NCBI GenBank assembly: GCA_965224245.1
Contig: OZ245046.1
Span: forward strand, 1,952,001-2,016,000
Reading direction: 5' to 3'
Source of the DNA: Candidatus Eiseniibacteriota bacterium
GTDB lineage: Bacteria > Eisenbacteria > RBG-16-71-46 > CAZAMP01
DNA: 64,000 nucleotides
Positions 1 to 6,800 of the stretch are shown piece after piece; position 1 is the stretch's first letter; every line of letters begins with the position of its first letter. A program made the translations under genes and the position numbers. The notes beneath the pieces are model-generated. The model ran no database searches. It was not told the DNA's origin and saw only the letters and a program-made list of their open reading frames with translations.

Positions 1-390
1 AAAGCGGGACCCGTACACGACGTCGGCCCGACCATCCAGAATGGGCTCCAGGAGTCGCGTGTACTCGCTCGGGTCGTACTCCAGGTCGGCGTCCTGGATC
101 AGGATGATGTCGCCCCGCGCCTCGGCGAAGCCGGTGCGAAGCGCCGCGCCCTTGCCCTGGTTGGTCTCGTGGCAAAGGAAGCGGAAGCGCCCCGATCCCG
201 ACAGCTCCCGGAGCTTCTCGGCGGTTCCGTCGTGTGAGGCGTCGTCCACGATCACGATCTCGCGCTGGATCCCCTCGGGGAGAGACGCGCGTTCGATGCG
301 TCCGAGGATGCGCTCGACGGTCGCGACCTCGTTGTAGACCGGTACGACGATCGTCACCAGACCGATCCGCAACTCCCGCTCCTCGGTCAT
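1..390 (-). CDS. Glycosyltransferase family 2, polyprenol-phosphate mannose synthase-like (partial; 3' end lies outside the window)
   Basis: Not in the ORF track. Manual translation from ATG at 390 gives [21 protein letters not shown]...[12 protein letters not shown]...[12 protein letters not shown]...[13 protein letters not shown]...DVVYGSRF, the classic GT2/DPM1 motifs. GGAGG SD upstream. Confidence 0.92.
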   Translation of the reverse strand, partial: MTEERELRIGLVTIVVPVYNEVATVERILGRIERASLPEGIQREIVIVDDASHDGTAEKLRELSGSGRFRFLCHETNQGKGAALRTGFAEARGDIILIQDADLEYDPSEYTRLLEPILDGRADVVYGSRF

Positions 391-479
391 CCCAGGCACC
401 CTCCCTCGCCCGCGCGCACGCGCCTCTGCGCGCATCATCCCGACCCGCGGCCTCGCGGGAACCCGACACGGAGCCCCGG

Positions 480-509
480 AGTATAGTCAGCCACCGGCGA
501 TTGTGTCAA
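480..509 (-). promoter_or_regulatory. sigma70-type promoter for the GT2 gene (TTGACA-N18-TATACT)
   Basis: Minus strand: perfect -35 TTGACA at 509-504 and TATACT at 485-480, about 90 nt upstream of the start codon. Confidence 0.7.
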
Positions 510-602
510 CGCAACGCCTGGCAAGCACTTACGGGCATCGATATCCGGAGCGTGCTAGACTGGAGCTCGCTCACCGACCGTGAAGACCAGGAGCATGCAC
601 GC

Positions 603-1523
603 ATGATGACGAACCGCACGGGACTGGCGATCCTGTTCGCGGCCGCCGCGGCCGCGGCTGCCGCGACCGTGGCCGCCGACGGCGCGACGCCGGGAAACGC
701 CGGCGCCGACACCGGCGTGCGCCTCGTCGCACGCACCGACAGGGCGTCGTACCAGTTCGGCGAGCCGGTCTGGCTGTACGTGACGATCGCGAACGGCGGG
801 TCCGCCGAGGTCACGGTCGAGAACCCCCATTGCTCGCGCACCCAGACCCGGATCGACATCACGAAACCGGGAGGGCCCACGCTGCCCATGACGGGGCCGG
901 CCAGCTGCTCCACGACCATCCTCGAGCGCATCGCGCCCGGACACGACATGATCTACGCGTTCGAGCTGCTCGAGTTCTACGGGGTCGACGGCGACGGCAC
1001 GTATCCGTTCGGCATTCTCGCACCCGGGGAGTACGTCGTTCGCTACCGGACGCACGATCACGCGACCGAGGACGTGCGGTTCACGGTCTCCGACCTCGAT
1101 CCCGCGGACACGATCGCGTTTCACGCCTACCTGCGTCTGCTCTCGGACGTGGGCGCCTCGACCCTCCGCGACTCGACCGAGCGATTCCGTGAGTTCGTGG
1201 CCACCTATCCATCGAGCCCGTTCGCGGCGGCCCTCCTTTGTCGTGCCGGCGTCGTCTCCGATCTCTTCTTCGATTCCGCGCAGGCCCGCGAGGACTTCGA
1301 GCAGCTGCTCTACCTCTACCCCGAGTCCGGCTATGCGTCGGTCGCGGTGCGCCACCTGGCGTTCGGGATGGGACGGCGCGCGGCCGCCGGTCTGGAGCTG
1401 CTGCGACGTGTCTCCGAGGAGCTGCCGGGAACGTTCGCGGCGGACATGGCCGCGCGTGTCGTCACGCGGCTCGAGGACGAGGTCGTGCGCCCCGGCAAAT
1501 CACTCGATCGACGAGACGGCTGA
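603..1523 (+). CDS. Secreted hypothetical protein: N-terminal Ig-like beta-sandwich plus C-terminal TPR/BamD-like helices
   Basis: Start moved to MMTNRTGLAILFAAAA (AGGAG SD, signal peptide). TDRASYQFGEPVWLYVTIANGG...PGEYVVRY looks Ig-like. FVATYPSSPFA and LLYLYPESGYA are TPR-like YPxS repeats. Confidence 0.7.
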   Translation: MMTNRTGLAILFAAAAAAAAATVAADGATPGNAGADTGVRLVARTDRASYQFGEPVWLYVTIANGGSAEVTVENPHCSRTQTRIDITKPGGPTLPMTGPASCSTTILERIAPGHDMIYAFELLEFYGVDGDGTYPFGILAPGEYVVRYRTHDHATEDVRFTVSDLDPADTIAFHAYLRLLSDVGASTLRDSTERFREFVATYPSSPFAAALLCRAGVVSDLFFDSAQAREDFEQLLYLYPESGYASVAVRHLAFGMGRRAAAGLELLRRVSEELPGTFAADMAARVVTRLEDEVVRPGKSLDRRDG

Positions 1524-1550
1524 CCGGCACCGCCATCGATCAGCCGGCGC

Positions 1551-2180
1551 TCACGGGCACCCGGTCAGGAAGAGCCGCTGGAACTCCACGAAGTCATCCA
1601 GCCCCACGCCCAGGTTGCACCCGACGAGATCCCCGCACGGCGCGAAGTCGAGCAGGAACAGCCCCTCGAACAGCACGAAGTCCCCGAGGGTCACGTGACC
1701 GTCCCCGTCCTGGTCGGGGGATCCAACGTAGTCGTAGCACGCGATCGGGTGTCCGCGAGCCTCGATGAGCACCGAACGCCCCTCGACGCAACAGCCGCCC
1801 AGCCGCGGCTCCAGCACGAGCCCGCCCTCGGCGTTCGTGATGCCCGTGATGACGATCCCACCGCCATCGTCGTCGCAGCTGGTGAGCCGCTCGCTGCACG
1901 TCGGCGAGAAGATCACCGATACCTCGACCCCCGCGAGCGGGGTGCCGTCCTCCGAGCGGATCACCATCTCCAGCGGCAGCTCACCGCCGGGGCTCACGCG
2001 CACGCACTCGGGCACGCGCGAAGCGGTCGGGCTGGGGCAGTCGGGGCAGGTGTCGCCTTCGATCGCACACTCCGGCTGGGCGGTGGAGGTCGACGGCGAC
2101 GACGTGAGGAGTCCGCCGAACGTCGTGGCGAACACGACGAGCGTGAGGCGGATCGATCGGGACACGGTCGAGCGACGCAT
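1551..2180 (-). CDS. Secreted Cys-rich protein with Ig-like domain and C-terminal dockerin/EF-hand-like duplicated motif
   Basis: Signal peptide. C-terminal SPDQDGDGHVTLGDFVLF...CGDLVGCNLGVGLDDFVEF duplicated DxxGDGxVxxxDF-type motif. AAGGA SD. Confidence 0.7.
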   Translation of the reverse strand: MRRSTVSRSIRLTLVVFATTFGGLLTSSPSTSTAQPECAIEGDTCPDCPSPTASRVPECVRVSPGGELPLEMVIRSEDGTPLAGVEVSVIFSPTCSERLTSCDDDGGGIVITGITNAEGGLVLEPRLGGCCVEGRSVLIEARGHPIACYDYVGSPDQDGDGHVTLGDFVLFEGLFLLDFAPCGDLVGCNLGVGLDDFVEFQRLFLTGCP

Positions 2181-2351
2181 TGGATCAGTCCTTCTGCGGG
2201 CGAAGCTCTGGATTCCGTGACCCCGGAATCATCCCACACCTGGCCGGATCGCGCCAGCTCGACGCCCGGTGCATCGTCGCGGCGGGCGACCCGATCCCGG
2301 CGGGGCCGTCCGCCGGGACGCCGTGGCCCGACGCCCGGCCGGCTCACGAGA

Positions 2352-2386
2352 ACGCCCCCCGCCGGCAGGAACGCCGTGGGGGGCGT
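2352..2386 (-). terminator. GC-rich hairpin downstream of tRNA-Glu (possible terminator)
   Basis: ACGCCCCCC (2352-2360) pairs with GGGGGGCGT (2378-2386). The U-tract is weak. Confidence 0.45.
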
Positions 2387-2392
2387 GAAGAG

Positions 2393-2467
2393 TGGCAGCC
2401 CTACGGGGAATCGAACCCCGGCTTCATGGCTGAGAACCATGCGTCCTAACCACTAGACCATAGGGCC
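2393..2467 (-). tRNA. tRNA-Glu (anticodon CTC)
   Basis: GGCCCTATGGTCTAGTGGTTAGGACGCATGGTTCTCAGCCATGAAGCCGGGGTTCGATTCCCCGTAGGGCTGCCA folds as a cloverleaf, with TTCGA T-loop and encoded CCA. Confidence 0.97.
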
Positions 2468-2520
2468 ACACATCGGCGTCGCGAGCGTAATCGCAAGCCA
2501 GAAGATCGGTTGTCACGACA

Positions 2521-2594
2521 TGGCTGGGGAGCAGGGACTCGAACCCCGATCTTACGGTCCAGAGCCGCATGTCCTACCATTGGACGACTCCCCA
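2521..2594 (-). tRNA. tRNA-Gln (anticodon CTG)
   Basis: TGGGGAGTCGTCCAATGGTAGGACATGCGGCTCTGGACCGTAAGATCGGGGTTCGAGTCCCTGCTCCCCAGCCA. U1-A72 pair typical of tRNA-Gln; encoded CCA. Confidence 0.97.
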
Positions 2595-2608
2595 CCCGAA
2601 CGCGGAAG

Positions 2609-2638
2609 ACGCTATCACAGGTTTTTCGAGGGCCTCAA
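2609..2638 (-). promoter_or_regulatory. Putative promoter for tRNA-Gln/tRNA-Glu (TTGAGG-N18-TAGCGT, extended TGn -10)
   Basis: Lies 15-45 nt upstream of the tRNA-Gln 5' end. Confidence 0.5.
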
Positions 2639-2659
2639 GCGCAACTTGAGCCGCGTGGT

Positions 2660-3859
2660 TCACGTGCGTGGCTCCCCGTCCCGATGCGCTCGTTCCAGAC
2701 GGGCGAGCGCTCTCGCGGGACCGAGCAGCTCCCAGACGCGAGCCAGCGACGGCGCCACCTCGCGGGCCGTGATCGCCCAGCGCAGGACCCGGCGGCAGTC
2801 GTGGAGCTCGCTCCGGCGCCCGGCCACGAGGCGGTTCAGGGCCTCCTGCAGCTCGGCGGCCGTTCCCGGCGCGGCCTCGAGGACCGCGGCGGCGACACGG
2901 GACAGCTGATCCCGATCGGCCGCGGGGATGGCCGGTACCCGCCACGGCTCGGCCAGGAAGCCGAGAAAGCGCGCGACGTCTCCGAACCGTCGGATCCGAG
3001 GCCGGATCGCCGCGAAGAGCGCCGGCCAGCGGTCGGGCGTCTCCCGTACCCCGGCGACCTCGAGTTCGTGCCCCAGACGTGCCATCACGCGCTCCTCGGG
3101 CATGTCGAGGATCGCGTCCCGGTTGGCGGCCCCCAGCGCCTCGAGATCGAAGGGGAGCACCGCCGCACCGACGCCGAGGAAGCCTCGGACCCCTTCCGGC
3201 TCGAGCCCTTCGTCTCGCAGGTCGGGCACCGCGTCCCTCCCGGATCCGCGCCAGAGCGGCGCGCCATCGGGGCCGACCACGATCGGCGCCTCCAGAGGAG
3301 AGGACACCGATCCGCCCAGCCGCTCGGCCAGTGCGTGGGCGAGGCGTACCGTCTCGCGCGAGCGGCGATCGGCGACCAGGCCGGCGCCCTCCCCGCGGAT
3401 CAGGAGCGTGAGGACGTCGAGCACGTCGGGACCGATCGGACGGTCCCGGTGGTCGGGCAGGCCGTCTCGCACGCGAAGCCCGCCGTCGCCGGCGGCGCCG
3501 AACGATCCGGACGCCGGGTCGCGATCGCGGCATCGACCGTCGTAGCGGGGCTCGCGGCCCTCCACCAGCGCGGAGGCGGCCAGCTCACGCAGGCGTTCGG
3601 GCGAGCAGGTACAGCGATAGGCGTGACCCCCGGCCAGGAGCGCCGCACCGCTCTCGGCGCGGCCGGTCTTCATCGCGGCCAGCGTGGACGCCGGCCGGGC
3701 CGCCTCGTAGAGCCACGAGAGGCCGTCCGGCGTGAGGACCGGGGCCTCGACACCGGGAGTCCACCAGAGGGGCGACTCCCGACCGCCCGCGGCCCGAACG
3801 AGCGCCGCCGCGCCGTCCAGCGAGAGCGACGGCGCGGCGGTCACCAGCGCGAGGGTCAT
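2660..3859 (-). CDS. gltX: Glutamyl-tRNA synthetase homologue with degenerate active site (probable pseudoenzyme)
   Basis: Keeps GluRS blocks AYRCTCSPERL, EGREPRYDGRCR, LIRGE, GPDG, LRDEGLEPEG and the anticodon domain LRWAITAREVAPSL...LLGPARALARL. Lacks RFAPSPTG/HIGH, RIEDTD and KLSKR. Sits directly upstream of tRNA-Gln/Glu. Confidence 0.85.
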   Translation of the reverse strand: MTLALVTAAPSLSLDGAAALVRAAGGRESPLWWTPGVEAPVLTPDGLSWLYEAARPASTLAAMKTGRAESGAALLAGGHAYRCTCSPERLRELAASALVEGREPRYDGRCRDRDPASGSFGAAGDGGLRVRDGLPDHRDRPIGPDVLDVLTLLIRGEGAGLVADRRSRETVRLAHALAERLGGSVSSPLEAPIVVGPDGAPLWRGSGRDAVPDLRDEGLEPEGVRGFLGVGAAVLPFDLEALGAANRDAILDMPEERVMARLGHELEVAGVRETPDRWPALFAAIRPRIRRFGDVARFLGFLAEPWRVPAIPAADRDQLSRVAAAVLEAAPGTAAELQEALNRLVAGRRSELHDCRRVLRWAITAREVAPSLARVWELLGPARALARLERAHRDGEPRT

Positions 3860-3865
3860 CGGGCG

Positions 3866-6800
3866 CTAGCGCGAGAGGACGAGCTTCTTGGACCGGACGT
3901 CGTCCCCCACCGAGAGTCGATAGACGTAGATGCCCGGCGAGAGCCGCCGGCCGGCCGCGTCGCGACCGTCCCAGGAGACGCCGTACGTCCCCGGTACCTG
4001 CACCTCGTTCACGAGCGCCGCGACCCGTCGCCCGGCCACGTCGAAGATCTCGAGCGACACCGGACGCCCGCCCGCGTCGCTCCCGTCGCCGACCGTGTAC
4101 TGGATGGTCGTCAGCGGGCTGAACGGGTTCGGGGCGTTCTGCATCAGCGTGGTGACGAGCGGTACGGACTTGACCCGGACCACGTGCGGCCCGCTGACCT
4201 CCGGGGCCACCCCCGTCCGGTATCCGATGATCCAGTAGCTCGCGCTCAGCCCGGCGGGCGCTTGCGTGTCCGTGAACCGGTACGTCCCGTCGGGGCTCGA
4301 CCCGCCGATCTCACCGATCAGCGAGCGCGGCGACGTTGCCGAGGCCCGCTCGATGCCGAAGTGCGAGTAGCCACCCTCGGCGTTCCAGCGAATGGAGACC
4401 TGACCCGGTGTGGTCGACGCCAGCGTCACGCTGCCGAGATCGATCGGCACGACTCCGTGTCCGCTGCCGTACACGCCCGTGTTCCGCGGATTGTGCCGGA
4501 ACTGCGGCCATGGGTTCTCGTCGAACACGAACGGTCCGGAGTCGGTCTGGAGCGAGACCACCCGGTCGAACGTGCCGATCACCACGATGTCCATCTTGCC
4601 GTTCCGATCCATGTCCCAGATCGCCGGTGCCCCGTAGACGATGCCGCCCACGTTGTACGGGAATCCGCCCACCACCGAGCCGTCGGCGTTCAGCGCGTAG
4701 ATGTCGCCGCCGCCGGTTCCGATGACGAACTCGGGCTCGGGATCCATGTCGATGTTGGCCATCGATCCGTTGAACAGGATCTGCGAGACGTCGTCGCCCT
4801 CGATGCCGAGGCTGAGCGGGTTCCAGCCGGCCAGGGGCTCTCCGGTCGCGGCCGTGTACGCGTACAGGAGACCAGTGTGCCAGCCGTGCACGACGTCGAC
4901 CTCGCCGTCGCCGTCGAAGTCTCCCAGGACCGGTGACGGAAGGAAGTCCTTGAACGGCCCCGAGTCCAGGAAGCCGTACTGCTGCGGCGGATACCCGGGC
5001 AGCGCGTCCCCGTTCTCGTCGATGCCGTGAAGCGCGTTGCCGTTGACGATGAACGTCTCGTACTCGCCGTCGCCGTCCACGTCACCGACGGCCGGAGACG
5101 ACGTGAAGGCGAGGAAGCCCGAGAACGAGGGCGTGTACGGCCAGCCCGGCGCCTCGCTGACCACGCCGCCGTCCAGCGACAGCGCGCGGACGAAGCCGGC
5201 GTTGCCGGCGCGCTCGCCGGCGATGATCTCGTCGCGACCGTCGCCGTCGAAGTCGACCAGCGAGACCGTGCCGTAGTTGTACCGGGAGCCACCGGCCGGC
5301 GACTTCCAGAGCACACCGTTGGTGATGGGATCGGCGTCGCCGTCGATCACCTCGGTGCCGTCGTGATTGAACGCGATCATCGTGCCCCGATAGGCATCGC
5401 CCGGGCCGCCGGCCCAGAAGACCACCTCGAGCTCGGGATCCTCGTCGATGTTCCCGATGACGGGGCTCGACCACAGAAGCTGCGAACTGGATCCGATCTG
5501 CCAGTCGCCGCCGCCCCAGGCCAGCGTTCCGTCGGCATGCCAGCACCACACGGTGCCCTTGTCCGCGTGCAGCATGACGATCTCGAGCTGACCGGCCGGA
5601 TCCAGGTCCATGTTGGCCACCGCGGCCTTGGCCCACCACCACGGCGCCACCGCGCCCGGACCGTCGGCGCCGGTTTCCTCGGCGAAGATTCCCAGGGTGG
5701 CCGGCCGACCGTCCCCGTCGACGAAGTCGGTGCCGTTTCCGCGCAGCACGTACGGGTAGCGCGCGCCGAAGATCAGCTCCTTGGTGGCGTCGACGCCCTC
5801 GTCCAGGTTGGCGAAGGTGACCGAGCCGCGGTTGTCGCTCCCGGAGATGTCCACCGGGAATCCGACCGTCGACGGCGGCGAGGTCGACGCGACCACCGTG
5901 TCCGCGAAGGCGCTCTCGTTGCCCGAGCTGTCGACGGCGGTGACCGTGAAGCTGAACTCGGTCAACGGGGCCAGTCCGAGCGCGGCGTGAAACGCACCGA
6001 TCACGGGCGTCTCGTTCACGCGCGTCAGCGTTCCCGCGTCCTCCCGATAGACGTTGTAGCCGAGGAGATCCTCCGCCTCCGACGGCGTCCAGACCACGCG
6101 AATGAAGCTCGGCGCCGGCTGGGCCCACACCGAGTCGGGCGGCGCGGGCGGGACGAAGTCGATCCGCTGCGTGCGCAAGCTCCCGAGCGCGTCGCGGTAC
6201 GTCAGGTCGACGAGCGGCTCGCCGGGCCCGATGACCTGATACACGAGGGGCTCGGACGTGGCGACGGCGCCCGGCGACAGATCGATCGCGCCGATCCCGT
6301 CCACGATCGACACCACGCCCGGGTCGACGGCCACGATCTCGACCTCGCCGGTCAGCGGTGTGCCGTTGCCGCGGTTGTATGCGCTCACCGTGAACGCGAC
6401 GTCGCCGCCCGCGGGCACGGCGGGGTTCAGCGCGACGTGCTCGATGCGCGGGTTCCCCACGATCAGCGTGACCTCGCGCGTCACCGTCCCCGCCCCCGAC
6501 GTGATCGAGACCGACATCGGAACCGTCACGTACGACGACTCCGCCGGCAGATCCGACGTGACGTCCACCGAGACCGCCGTCGACACCACCTCGGCGCCGA
6601 CCCCGACCGCGCCCGCGGTCGCTGACGGCGAGGTGACGGTCGCGTAGGGAGACGACGTGCTCGCCGTGATCGTGAGGCTGGACGCCGCGACCGCTCCCTC
6701 GTTTCGGATCCGGAACGCGAGCCCGAAGGACTCCCCGCGATCGGCGGCCCCCGAACCGTTGCCGGCGGCGTCGTCGACCTCGAGCCCGGCCACCACGAGA

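Noticed and set aside
2660-3859. Calling the gltX homologue a normal GluRS, GluQ or a classical pseudogene
   Set aside because: Catalytic motifs are absent (not a normal GluRS), the anticodon domain is present (not GluQ), and there are no stops or frameshifts (not a classical pseudogene).
2510-4936. 808-aa + strand ORF, and similar long ORFs such as 5027-6625, 7202-9379, 12070-14754, 22180-24303, 49160-51355, 54611-56968, 59464-61452 and 61963-63801
   Set aside because: Antisense or off-frame shadows of well-supported genes. They are Arg/Gly/Ala-rich with no motifs, as expected when stop codons are scarce at high GC.
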